Part shown: in pieces, positions 27,085 to 42,765 of the stretch
How positions within the stretch are numbered: position 1 is the stretch's first letter
Layout: each line of letters opens with the position of its first letter
From: the human T2T-CHM13v2.0 reference genome, Homo sapiens
Strand: one strand, 5' to 3'
Length of the DNA stretch: 64,000 nucleotides
Assembly: GCF_009914755.1 (NCBI RefSeq)
Contig: NC_060936.1
The notes under the pieces: model-generated
What the model saw: only the letters and a program-made list of their open reading frames with translations
What the model was told of the DNA's origin: nothing
The model's database searches: none
Position numbers and translations under genes: made by a program

Positions 27085-29309
27085 CGTGCAATAATTCTGA
27101 GTTTCAGGAAAGGCTTCTAGGTTGAAGCAACTTCTGAAACAACTCCAGATTCTTCACAGGATTTCTTCTGAATCTCGGATGATAGGCACTTATTTGGGCA
27201 CTCCTTTTCCCCACACCTCAAGCCCTGACTGCCCCCCGGAGCCCATATTCCCACGGGCACAAAGGCTGGAGACCGTGTGTAACAAACAGGTCCCTTGAGC
27301 TTTGCTTCAGCTTCACCCTAAAACACAAACCCAAGCCACATCTTTAGCTTTTCTGCCAACAATCTCCCCACTCAGGTGTTCTAAGTGCTTCTCCAAAGGC
27401 ATTCCCATGCATTTTAGTTTTTTTTTTCTCTCATCATCCCAAGCAGCCTCCCTTATTAGGTGATTAACTTGGAATTACAACCTCTTTATTTCTTTTCTTT
27501 TAGGCACATGAGGACATTGCAGGGCAGGGACAGGCTGGTTCAAAGAGTGAACTTCTCCCAGACAGCAAGGGGTCCAATCAGTTCGCTGTGGTTTTCCCCC
27601 TGAGTAACCTAACAGTCCCTGGAGGCCACAGCTCCTCTTCTGGACACCCAGCATCTTGGCCAGCCCAGAGAGGAAAGCAAGGTCTGGAAGCCTCCCAAGG
27701 GGTCACATCTCCTGTTGGGTCATTAAGCATCCACACCTCCTCCTAGCGACACCTATAAGTGATGTCAGAGTGTGTACTTCCATACAGTCCTAAGATTTTT
27801 TTTAATGCCTTCAAAAACAAAAATAAAGAGATACACTCTTCTCCTACCTCAACATGGCTACAAACACAGTTCCACGTTAGCCTCCTAGAAGGGCAGGAAT
27901 AAGGGAGGTGAAAATGGAAAAGGTAAGGAGTAGGACTAGACAACTCAATGTCTCACAGAGGTACTCACCATTTGTAGTTCATTGAATGAAGCATCTGGGT
28001 CTCCAAAATCCTCTGGCATAGCCTCTTTAAGAACACAACAGTGACTTCCTGAACTCCCCACTGAGCCACCTAACATTCGCAGAGCTCTTCCTGCCTCTTT
28101 CTGAAGCCCCCGTCTTACCACCAGATGATAGGAGGGCCTTCTCTCCCTGCCGCCAAAACGAAAGTTGCCTCTCTGAAATAAAACCTTTCACCTGAGATTC
28201 CATTTAATTTAAATCCCGGTAATTCAGCTGATACAGAGATGTGTTACCAACAAGAAGGAATGTCTTTGTTTGACTGAGCCCCAGCAGGGAGGCATAACTT
28301 CGACTCTGGCCATGTGGGCGATTTTTCTGTGAGCTTCGGGGGCTTGAAGAAAGAAATTCCAATTTGAATATCTTAAAATTCTTGGAAGGATCTGGCTAGC
28401 AATAGGGAGTGCCTTGCTTCCCACAGATTAACTCAAATGGACAATAAGACCAGTCTAAATGGTTCCTATGCATATTTCTGGAATAGTTCAAAATGGAATG
28501 TCCTTTTCCACAATGCATGTTTTAACACATTCTTTAAATCTACTAAAGAGCAGAACAAATCCTAAGAATGTACTTCATTTTAGTCTTAATTCATTCCATA
28601 GTTAGAAGCTATAAGATTGGATGGCACACAATCTTACGATTATTATTTCAGTTACGTGCAAGAAATATTTGCTGTTTCCACTAAGTGCTTGGAGGCAGCA
28701 TGTAGGACACCAAAGTGTGAAACTCAATCTGCTACACATGGTTGTAACCCACGTAAAGCCAGGCTGGCGTTTTCTCACCTAGAAGTCAGCCTCAAAGAAA
28801 TACAGTCAAAAATAGCCAATAAGCAAATTATATCTTTATTGAAATCTATTGAAATTTACCCAAAGAGATCCCACTCATAACACACAGCAAAACTTATTGA
28901 AACCATTCCTCCTGCCACTTTCTCTCTACATTAATATCTTATTTGTGCATGTGTGTGTGCATTCAATTGTCACTGCACCTGCCGCCAAAGCCTCTCCTCT
29001 CCCTCCTATGCTCCACAGATCTCTCAAACAAGATTTTTTTCTCTGCCTCTCTTCCCCGTGTCTATATCTGTTACTTTTCTCTTGTCCATAGCTCTCTGAT
29101 ATTTTCCATGTAAAACTGGGTGGTCTCTCACAACTTCTCCGAGTCTCTTCAACAGCCACAATCATACACAATTGACTCTGGAACCCACCTGGCAAGGCTC
29201 TCTCCCTAGGAGAGGTCAGAGGAGGGCAGACTGTTTCTCCTCTGCAAGCAGAGGAAGGGAAATACTGTGACTATTTGAATTACAGTCTTTCTCTGCCAGA
29301 AGGGAACTA

Positions 29310-29465
29310 TTTAATAAAAATTAATTGAATACTTATTTTTAAATCCTACTTAATATGAACTTTATCATGAAAATGGACATGGGCCCTGTCATCAAAGAGC
29401 TTACTCTCTAGATGGGAAGGCAATGACCCAATAATTGAATAATTACTATTATGATGAGTGCTGCA
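29310..29465 (-). mobile_element. L2 fragment
   Basis: GACATGGGCCCTGTCATCAAAGAGCTTACTCTCTAGATGGG. Confidence 0.55.
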
Positions 29466-29618
29466 GCCACCAGTAGAGTATGACTCTAATCCAGTTGTCC
29501 CCTTAAGATGTCAATTAAAATGGTCAAATACCATTGTGTATCTAGTGGAAAGTCCAGAGCCCTCTTCAAGATTTCTGCAAAATTTCTGCACAGAGGCAGA
29601 TAGGAGAATGGGACATGC

Positions 29619-29665
29619 TTTCCTGCCTCTGCTGAATTCTCTCCCATTTCCTGCCTCTGCTGAAT
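29619..29665 (+). repeat. 19-bp direct duplication with 9-bp spacer
   Basis: TTTCCTGCCTCTGCTGAAT identical at 29619-29637 and 29647-29665. Confidence 0.92.
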
Positions 29666-29951
29666 GCTTGTTTTGTGCTCCATGCCTTGAAGTCAATCCT
29701 TTATCTTCCTGACTTCTCACTCAAGTAACCAGGGAACAAAGCTTGTGATGTGTAGCAAAACTTTCACATTTCTACAAAACTTTTCTAGGTCACTGCCAAA
29801 AAGTTACATTTCTGCGTGATACAGCAAATACTTAAAACTACATATCAGTCATGTCTCATCTTGGAATTCCTTTGGTCATCAACACGTAGGGGATTTCTCA
29901 CTGGTCTTTCTAGTCTAGCACTCAGTCTTTGACTGTCTTGCTGTTTCTCTG

Positions 29952-29955
<4 letters not shown>

Positions 29956-29995
<40 letters not shown>

Positions 29996-30038
29996 ACAGA
30001 GAGAGATAGACAGAAAGAGAGAAAGAGAGGGAGAGAGA
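29956..30038 (+). repeat. Compound (AC)17 / (GA)n microsatellite
   Basis: Read directly. Confidence 0.95.
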
Positions 30039-30344
30039 TTGCCCAAGTCATTTCACATTCCTCTCACCCTATTTTGCACAGAAATTTAGCATTCTACAAC
30101 CCTTATGTCTAAACTCAGTTCCAAGCCCAACCTTGAATAGCCAACACTTTTGAGTAACAAGATGAGCAAAAGAGCTAGCTGTGTGTTCAAAAGCAAAAAG
30201 AACGGCAAACTTATGTCTTTCCTTTAATAGGATCCACCCTCCTATATTAAGTGACTAAAATAATTATACCAACACTGAGAGAGATAAAAGCTATCCCTGT
30301 CTGTCCAATAAGAAGATTAGACCAAATACTTTCTAAGACCCACA

Positions 30345-30450
30345 GACGATATGTTCCAAAAGATCAGGGACAGTGTCTGTCTTGTTCTCTGCTATACCCA
30401 CTATCTAGCACAGTGCTATCTTTCTCAACAAACAAGTGCTTTTTGAATAA
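30345..30450 (+). mobile_element. L2 3' end
   Basis: CAGGGACAGTGTCTGTCTTGTTCTCTGCTATACCC...TCTAGCACAGTGC. Confidence 0.7.
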
Positions 30451-30510
30451 TATATTAACATCCTTTTCAGTGCTTACATTCTGTGAGTTCTTTAATATTT
30501 GCAGTTCTTT

Positions 30511-31431
<921 letters not shown>

Positions 31432-32861
31432 ATTATGATCTCATCAAAAAAAGCCATTCCAAATGGGATAAGAATTGCTCTGAATGCAGTACTGATTCCA
31501 AGTAAATGAGTGAGCCACTGAGACACAGCATAGAGACTTCTGATTCCAAAGTGGTGGTATACATACAAGCTGGCTTCCATCCTTACCCTCACCCCCCACA
31601 GAAAACCAAAACCCAATATGCAGCACTGAGATTATCACCAGTAATATCCCAGAACTCAAACATAAGGATGAGTCCATTTCTGGGGCCGCAGAGAAGTTTA
31701 AAACAAAACTCTGAGCAGACAGAAAGAAAATCAGATTCTCATATCCTTCACTCCCCTCCCCAAATTTGCTCCGCACCAAACACATGGAATATGTCCTTTG
31801 ACTTCTGGTTTCTACACTAGAAAAAGTAAGATAGAGGTGGACAAGCAGTTTCTCCACCATCTCGGGCTCTTTGGCAGGAGACCTGTCTATGCCTTAACCC
31901 ACAGGAAGCACTGTAACTACCTGAAGGGAGACATATCCCTGAGGACAGGCAACAAAAAACGGGCAAAGTTGGACCACCATCTCCAGCCTTGAAAACTCTG
32001 CTCTATAACTCAGCCAAAGGAGACACCAGAGCAGAGTGGCTGTTCAGGAGCCCTATGCTGTAGGAAGTATGTTCCATAGGTCCCCTGAAAATGAACCCTT
32101 AGCCAGCTTTTCCATACTGCCAGGATATGCTTTTTTGGGGACATTCCACATTCTGAATAGGAAGCACGCTAATTATTTGCTAGAACCAAGACAAACCTGA
32201 GCTTTAGGCACCATCTAGTACCAAAAAGAAGGCAGTGGCCTAACAGAAAACAATATATAAGAAATTCAACAAGTAAATCACAAGGAATATCTAAGCAAAC
32301 ATAACTAATAAAAAGCAAAACAAGCCAGACAGAGAAAACAGTAATAAATAACTAATTATTCAATACAAAGATATAGACATCCACAAGAAACAACAGGAAA
32401 CCATGACCTCACCAAATGGACAAAGCAAGGAACCAGTGACAGATCCTAACAAGATGGTGATATGTGAGATCTCTGACCAGGAATTCAAAATAGCAGTTTT
32501 AAGGAAACTCAGTGATCTCCAATACAATACAGAAAATCAACTCAGAAATTTATCAGAGACATTTAACTAAGAGATTTAAATAATTTTTAAAATCAAACGG
32601 AAATTTTGGAACTGAGAAATACATTCACTGACATGGAAAATTCACTGGAGGCTCTCAACAGCAGAATGAATCAAGCAGAGGGAACAATCAGTGAACTTGA
32701 AGACAGGCAATTTGAAACTATACTTTCAGAAGAGAAAAGAGAATTAAAAGGAAAAAAGATTGCCTACAAGATACAGAAAATAACCTCGAAAGACCAAATC
32801 TAAAAATTACTGGTGTTCAAGAGGGAAAAGAGCAAGAGAAAGGATTAAAAAGATTATTTGA

Positions 32862-33180
<319 letters not shown>

Positions 33181-33247
33181 AATAATAGAAAACTTTCTAA
33201 AACTTGAGAAAGATATAAGTATCCAGGTTCAAGAAGTCCAGAGATCT

Positions 33248-33477
33248 CCAGATTCAACCCAAATAAGACTACTCCAAAGCATGTAATAATCAAACTCTCA
33301 AATGTCAAGAACAAAGAGAGGATACTAAAAACAGCAAGAAAAGGGAACAAATAACACATAAACCAGATTCAACCCAAATAAGACTACTCCAAAGCATGTA
33401 ATAATCAAACTCCCAAATGTCAAGAACAAAGAGAGGATACTAAAAGCAGCAAGAAAAGGGAACAAATAACACATAAA
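33248..33477 (+). repeat. 115-bp head-to-tail tandem duplication within L1MA ORF1
   Basis: Units 33248-33362 and 33363-33477 differ at 2 positions. Confidence 0.95.
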
Positions 33478-35695
33478 GGAACTCCAATTTGTCTGGCAAC
33501 AGACTTCTCAATGGAAACCATACACACCAGGAGGGAGTGGAACAACATTTTCAAAATACTGAAAGAAAAAAACCACCAACAAAGAATACTTTATTCAATG
33601 AAGCTATCCTTCAAGTATGAAGGATAGTCCTTCCCAGACAAACAAAAGCTAAGAGAATTCACCATCAGACCTGTATTACAAGAAATGCTAAAAGCAATTC
33701 TTCAATCTGAAAGAAAAATCCACTAATGTGCAAAACAATTTGAAGGTGTAAAACCCACAGGTAAAATTCAGAACAGAGAAAACCCCAGAATACTCCAATA
33801 CTATAATAGTGGTGTGCGATCCACTTATAACTCTAGTATAAAACTGAAAAGACAGATTCATCAAAAACAATAATAGCTGTAACAACCTGTCAAGGGCCAA
33901 GCAATATAATAATATGTAAATTGACACAACCAAAACTCAAAATGTGAAAAGAAGGTGTTAGAGTGCAGTGGTTTTGGGTTTTATTTTTTGTTTTTTTTTT
34001 CAGTTTTTTCTTTGTTTTTATTCCCTTTTTATGATCTAAAATAAATTGTTATCTCTTTAAAGTAACTTCTTGTATCTATAAGATCTTTTCGTAAGCCTCA
34101 CAGTAACCACAATGAAAAAACCTATAATAAATACACTAAAAATAAGAATAACAAATTAAAACATATTACCAGAGAAAATCACTTAACCTGAAAGGATGAC
34201 AGTAAGAAAGGAAGAGAGAAGAGAGGACTTACAAAACAACCAAAAAGCAAGCAATAAAATGGCAGTAGTAAGTCCTTACTTGTTAATAATAACACTGAAT
34301 TTAAATGTACTAAATTCTCCAATTTAAAGATATGGAGTGGCTGAATGGATAAAGAAACAAGACCCAACTATATGCTGCCTACAAGAAAGCCACCTCACCC
34401 ATAAAGACACACAGAGACTGAAAATGAAAGGATAGAAAAAATATTCCATTCAAGTAGAAACTAAAAATAAAGGTAGGAGTAGCTACAGTTCTATCTGATG
34501 TAAAGGACTACAAGTCAAAGGATGTAAAAAAAGAAAAAGAAAGTCACTATATAATAATGAAGGGGTCAATACAGCAAAAGGATGTAACAGTTATAAATAT
34601 CTATGCACCAAACACTAGATCTCCCAAGTATATAAAGCAAACATTAATGGATCTAAAGAGAGGTACAGCCTGCAATAAAATAATAGTAGGGGACTTCAAT
34701 ACCCCACTCTCAATAATGGACAGATCATCTAGACAGAAAATCAACAAACATTAAACTACACACTAAATCAAATAGGCCTAACATTTACAGAACATTTCAG
34801 CCAATTGCTACAAAATACACATTATTTTCATCAGTACATGGAATATTCTCCAGAAAAAGACCATACTTTAGGCCACAAAACAAGCTTCAACAATTTCAAA
34901 AGAGTAAAAACCATATAAAGTATCTTTTCTGACTATAATGGAATAAAACTAGCAATGATAGCAAGAGGAACCTCAAAAACTACACAAACACGTGGAAATT
35001 AAGCAACATGTTCCTAATTGACCAATTGGTCAATTAAGAAATTGAGAAGAAAATGTTAAAGTTTCTTGAAACAAATGAAAATGTAAATATGCCATACCAA
35101 AATCTATGGGATACAGAAAAAGAAGTACTAAGGGAGAAGTTTATAGCAACAAACACCTATATAAAAAAAGTTGAAAGACTTCAAATTTGAAAACCTAATA
35201 ATATACCTCAAGGAACTACAAAAACAAAAACAAACCAAACTCAAAATTACCAGAAGGAAATAAATAATGAAGATCAGAACAGAAATAAATAAAATTGAGA
35301 CTAAAAAATGCAGATCAAAAATTCAAAATGTTGGTTTTTTGAAAAGATAAAATTGACAAACCTTTAGCTAGACTAACTAAGAAAAAAGGGGGAAAGACAA
35401 AGAAAATCAGAAACAAAAAGAGGAGATGTAATAACTGAGACCACAGAAATACAAAAAATCATTAGAGATAATTACAATTACATGCCAACCAATTTGAAAA
35501 CCTACAAGAAATGGATAAATTTCTGGACAGATACAAGCTACCAAAATTGAACTATGAAGAAATAAAAAATCTTAACAAACCAATAATGAGTAACAAGATT
35601 GAAGCCGTAATAAAGGTCTCCCATCAAACAAAAGCCAGGATCTGATGGCTTCACTGCTGAATTCCACCAAACATTTAAAGAAAACTGAATATCAA

Positions 35696-35850
35696 ACTAC
35701 CATGGCACACATTTACCTACGTAGCAAATCTGTGCATCCTGCACATCTACCCCTGAACTTAAAAATTAAAGAAAAAATAAAATAAATGATAATTTTTGCA
35801 TATATTGGGTTAAATGAATATATATTAAAATTAATTTCACCTAAAAAAAA
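35696..35850 (+). mobile_element. Severely 5'-truncated L1PA (PA10-PA16-like) 3' end plus MER33-derived tail, nested in L1MA ORF2
   Basis: CCATGGCACACATTTACCTA...CCCCTGAACTTAAAA, an A-rich tail, then a MER33-like 59-mer, then A8. Bounded by the degenerate repeat AAAA(C/A)TGAATA(T/C)CAA. Confidence 0.8.
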
Positions 35851-37919
35851 TGAATACCAATTCTAGCAAAACTCTTCAAAAAATTGAAGAAGCGGGAATA
35901 CTTCCAAACTCATTCTATGAGGCTCTGATACCAAAACCAGACAAGGACACACACATACACAAAAAATAAACTACTAGCCAATATCATTGATGAACATACA
36001 TGTAAAAATCCTCAACAAGGTGTTAGCAAACCAAATTCAACAACATATTTAAAAGATCATTCATCATGATTATGTGGGATTCATCCCATTCAACATATGA
36101 AAATCAATAAACATAATATATCACATTAACAGCATCAAGAACAAAAACCATATGACCATTTTAATAGAAGCTGATAAAGCACTTGATAAAATTTAACATC
36201 CCTTTATGATAAAAACCATCAACAAATTGGGTATAGAAGGAACATACTTCAAAATAATAAGGGCCATACATGACAAAGCCACAGCCAACATCATAATGAA
36301 TAGGGAAAACTTGAAAGCCTTTTCTCTAAGATCTGGAACAAGACAAGTATGCTCATTTTCACCACTTTTATTCAACATAATACTGGAAGTCCTGGCCAGA
36401 GCAATTGGGCAAGAGAAAGAAATAAAAGTCATCCAAATTGGAAAGGAAGAAGTCAGATTAACTCTTGTACACAGACAACATGATCTTATATTTAGACAAA
36501 CCTAAAGACCCCACTAAAAAAAAAAAAAAAATAGATCTGATAAATATGGTAGAGTTTTGACTTACAAAATCAACATACAAAAATCGGTAACATTTACATA
36601 CACCAGTAGTGAACAATCTAAAAAGAAACCAAGAAAGCAATCACATTTACAAAGAATATTAAATACCTAGGAATCAATGTAACCAAAGTTGTGAAAAATC
36701 TATTCAAGGAAAACCATAAAACAATGATGAAAACACTGAAAGAAATTGAAGAGGACACAAAAAAAATTGAAGAATATTCCATGCTCATGGATTAGAGGAA
36801 TTAATATTGTTAAAAATGACAATACCACCCAAAACAATTTACAAAGTCAATGCAATCCCTATCAAAATACCAATAACATTCTTCACAGACATAGAAAAAA
36901 TCCAAAATTAATATGAAACCACAGAAAACTCCAAAAAGCCAAAGGAATCCTGAGCAAAAAGAACAAAGCTGGAGGCATCCTACTACCTGACTTCAAAATA
37001 TACTACAAACCTGAAGTACCAAATCAGCATGGCCCTGGAATAAAACAGACACACAGACTAATGAAACAGTATAGAGGACCCAGATATATATCCATGCATT
37101 CACAGCAAACTCATTTTTTATAAAGGTGCTAAGAACATACAATGGGGAAATGTGCTAAGAAAATGGGATAACCATATTCAGAAGAATGAAACTATACCTT
37201 CATCCCCCTATCTCTCACCATATGCAAAAATCAAATCAAAATGGATTAAAGACTTTAAGACCTAAAACTGTGAAACTGCTAGAAGAAAACACCGGGGAAA
37301 GGCTCCAAGTCATTCGTCTGGGCAAAGAGTTTTTATGTAAGACTTCAAAAGCACAGGCAATAAAAGCAAAAATAGACTAACGAGATTACATCAAGTTAAA
37401 AGGTTCTGCACAGAAAAGAGAACAATCAAAAAAGTGAAGAGACAACATACAGAAAGGAAGAAAATATTTGCAAATTATCCATGTGACAATGTATCAATAA
37501 CCAAAGTATATAAGAAACTCAAACTCAATAGCAAAAAAAAAAAAAAAATCTGATTTTAAAATGGCAAAAGATCTAAATACACGTTTCTCAAAAGAAGACA
37601 ATCCACAGCCAACAGTTATATGAAAAAAACGTTCAACTCACTAATCATCAAAGAGATGCAAATCGAAACCTCAATGAGATATCATCTTACCCCAGTGAGA
37701 AAGGCTTTTATCAAAAAGACAGGGAAAAACAGATGCTGGCAAGGATGTGGAGAAAGGGGAACCCTAGTACAATGTTGGTAGGAATATAAACTAATATAGC
37801 CACTGTGGAAAATAGTATGGAACTTCCTCAAAGAAAGGAAATCAGTATATTGAAGAGTGTCTGCACTCTCATGTTTATTGCAGCACTATTCACAATGGCC
37901 AAAATATGAAATCAACCTA

Positions 37920-38262
<343 letters not shown>

Positions 38263-38928
38263 AAGAAAGTGTGATATATATACACAATGGAATATTATTC
38301 ATTCATAAAAAAGAATGAAATCCTGTCATTTGCAACAACATGGGTGGAACTAGAGGTCATTATGTTAAGTGAAACAGGCAAAGCACAGAAAGATAAATAT
38401 CCCACATTCTCACTCATATATGGGAGCTTAAAAAGTGGATCTCATGAAAGTAAAGAGATTGGTGGTTACCACAGGCCAGGAAGGGCAGTGGGGAGGAAGA
38501 TATAAAAAGAGTTTGATTAATGGTTACAGAAATACAATTACATAGAAGAAATGGGACCTAGTGTTCAACAGATCAGTAGGGTGACTATAGTTAATATTAC
38601 TTGATTGTACATTTCAAAATAGCTGAAGAAAATAATTTGAATGTTCCTAGCATAAAGAAAAGATAAATATTTAAGATAATGAATATCCCACTTACCCTTA
38701 TTTGCTCACGTGAATGTATCAAATTATCACACGTATCCCAAAAATATGTACATCTATTAGGTAGCAATATAAATAAGTAAGCAGAGTGAATCACCGAATA
38801 ACCTAAATGTGTCAAATATTGATGCATTCATCTCTTTTTCTATGATTCTTTAATAATGTTCTGCATGCAAAATAATTGAGAGTTTTAAGAGAGTTAAAGA
38901 TTGTCAATGTCTGTCTCCTTTACTTTGA

Positions 38929-39353
<425 letters not shown>

Positions 39354-40673
39354 TGTAAGTTGTTTTTCATTTCAAATATTATATAACTTAGTATCTTAGA
39401 AGAAGTCATTATCTTTTGGAAGTTTTTCTTCTGAATATTAAAAGAGAACACCTAAGAGCTAGTCATTAACAGCAGTGACTACAACAAACAGGAACAGGCA
39501 CTGATGCTACAAGTAGAAAGCGCTAAGCCACGTAGTGGAGTTCCAACGGGGAAGGCAATCCATCTCCACCAGACTTCATGAATCAAAGACTCCAATCTAA
39601 TTGGACCAAAGCAGGACTTTTATTGACTTATCAGAACATTCTTTGTGATTCCTCATAGAAAGGAAACTTCTTTCTGATTGAAATTTTGGTATCATCTTCT
39701 TTCTGAATTTTTATTTTTTCAGAAAGAGCAAAAAGTTTAAAGGCTTCCTACTTGCTTGCCAAATAGCACAGCATGATAAATATGACAGCACCTAAATTAC
39801 CATTAGCAGAGTCCCAGTAGCTCACGTCTGCTTGCGGACTTCCCTTTACAATCAATCAGGTGTATTGAAAAGGTCTTTGTGATGCAGAAGGGAACAAAAG
39901 TCATCTGTGTTTTTCAGTTTACTCTAATTTGTACACAAGATATAATTTGCCACACTGCAGGTCTCTCGCTCAAAGAGATTCAAAACAACAAAAGCAAAAA
40001 TAATCACTGCTCTTCTGAGAGTGAGATAAGTGATAGAGAATCTAGCTGTGATCAGCTGGGAATTATATTAAATCTAAACCATATGCAGGAGCAAAGACTT
40101 TCAGTGGAGGAAAATGCCTTTAAGTTTACCACTGTAACCCCTCATTTCATAGACAAAGAAATGAGGCCAGTGGCCTTGTGGTTAACATGGCTAATTGGAG
40201 ACATAGGGTGATTTCATTTCCTCCTCAAACGAAACTAGACTATCAGTAAAGGGATATGAAAGGTATGAATCCTCCAAGCATATAAGAACAGGAAAGGAGA
40301 CAATAGATGCGAGACCAGAGAGGGAAAAGTGGCTGTCACATACTTAGCAGACAGAAATCTGGAAACTGCCTCCAGAAGGAAAAGCCACTGGCAAGAAAGT
40401 CTGCTTGTACCTCTGAACTTCAGAAAGACATAGGAATTGGCGATACCAGGTATGTTTGAAGGGGTGACAGGTGGGGATGAAGACCTAGAAGACTGATTAA
40501 AAGTCAGCCTGAGGAGCTGGGAAGTCCCCTAGGTCCCCTTCGCAATTCAACTCAGCAAGGAGATTGTTCATTCTCCACTTTGGCAGAAGGTTGGAAACAG
40601 TGAACCAGAGAAGCTTCCACACTAAGGCAATGGAGGGAGGCGTGAGGCACGGCAGGAGAACTGGACTGAATTA

Positions 40674-40905
40674 GTAATGATGACAATGATTACAGTAAAA
40701 ACATGTAATTTATTGAGCTCTCATGACATTTCACATTGTAAGTAGTTTATATGTATAAATTCATTTAATCTTAACAACAGTCCTACAACGTGGGTACCAT
40801 TAGTATCCTAATGAGGAAGGAAACAAGTTCCACAGCCAGTCACAAGTAACGCAGCACAACGCTGGAACCAGCCAGCCTGATTTTAGTCTGATTGTTAACA
40901 ACGGA
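40674..40905 (-). mobile_element. MIR nested in HAL1
   Basis: AATTTATTGAGCTCT...TCATTTAATCTTAACAACAGTCCTA...GGTACCATTAGTATCC. Confidence 0.7.
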
Positions 40906-41534
40906 CCCTTATGCCTTATGGTTTCCAGAAAGCCGTCATTCAGTTGCACCAATCCAAAGCAGTCAATTAGATTATCCATTTTTAGAGAAGTTAGGAAACC
41001 ACCGAGGAAAGATCTATAGGCCCCTGCCTGACCAAAGCCACCAGTCAGCCAGACCCACCAAGCACCCAGAGCTTTTACTCAACACTGTAGAACCTTACCA
41101 TTAAATATGAACAGACAGCCAAGGAAACAATAAGTTTGAAGAAAGTCTCTAATGTGAAAAAGAAGAACCTAAGCAAATGGGGAAAAGGAAGGTCAAAGAA
41201 AACAGAAACAATGAATGTGGAGAAGAAAAAACAAAATGAAACTAGTATATCCTCAGAGAAATAAGATATCGTATCCAAGAAACAAGTGCAGAGTGCTATT
41301 TTAAAATGAGTAAGTATACATGTAATGAGAAAAATATTTTAATTTAAAAAAAACAGAAATTTAAAACTCTAATAAGAGAATTAGCAGTTAAAGTTGAAGA
41401 AATTAGAAAATAAAAAGATAGATGATAGAAAAGATAAGAAAATTATATAATCTATCTAGGATCCCAACATCTTATTACTAAAAGTCCCATACAGAAAAAG
41501 GAGGGAAAGAAATTATCAAAGAAATAACACATGA

Positions 41535-41850
41535 GGCTGGGCACTGTGGCTCATGCCTGTAATCCCAGCACTTTGGGAGGATCCAGGAGTTCGAGACCAG
41601 CCTAGGCAACATAGTAAGACTTGGTCTCTAAAAAAAAAGTAAATAAATAAAAAAATAAATAAATTAGCTAGGCATGGTGGTATGTAACTGTAGTCCCAGC
41701 TATTCCAGAGGCTAAGGAGGGAGGATTGCATAAGCTTGAGAGGTCGAGGCTGCAGTAAGTCATGATTCTGCCACTACCCTCCATCCTGGGTGACAAAAAG
41801 AGACCCTGTCTCAAAAAAAAAATTAACAAATAAATAAAATAATAATAATA
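41535..41850 (+). mobile_element. AluJ with a left-arm internal deletion
   Basis: GGCAACATAGTAAGAC, GAGGTCGAGGCTGCAG and GACCCTGTCTC J-type diagnostics; ~20 bp missing after TTTGGGAGGAT. Confidence 0.9.
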
Positions 41851-42260
41851 CTTTAAATTACATAGAACTGAAAAAAATGAAAAGGCCTATTCAGTGTCCA
41901 GCACAGAATGACAAAAACAACTCCAGTGTATATTATTATAAAATTTCAGAATATCAGGGATAAAGAGAAGATACAAACACTTCAGAGAGAAAAAGAAAAA
42001 ATGTACAAAGGATTTAAAATCAGAATGACATTGGACTTCTCAAGAGGAACTCTAGAAGTTGGCAGACCAGAGAGAAATATCTTTAAAATTCTGGAGAAAA
42101 ACTATTTCCAAGCTAACTCTTGCTATTTATTTCTGCAACTTCTGCTCTGCCCGGCTCTGCCCTGCCAAATCTAACTTGTACTGAGCTTCAAATCAGGACG
42201 AAATTAAGCCAATTCCTGGGGTGGGGGGGATCCATGAACTGCCCACCCTGACTTAGTTAG

Positions 42261-42705
<445 letters not shown>

Positions 42706-42765
42706 TATTCCACCTTTATGATAAGTTTCTAAAAACTGGTCTTTTGGAACTAGTAAATTAATTCC

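Larger units (their letters stand above)
40230..42115 (+). mobile_element. HAL1 (half-L1) relic, interrupted by MIR and AluJ
   Basis: GGAATTGGCGATACCAGGTA...GGTGGGG 5' motif; ORF1-like relic IIKFQNIRDKEKI...IRMTLDFS...FKILEKNYFQ. Confidence 0.72.

Noticed and set aside
28149-28990. Two E2F-like GCCGCCAAA motifs
   Set aside because: No CpG island or promoter context; motifs alone are insufficient.
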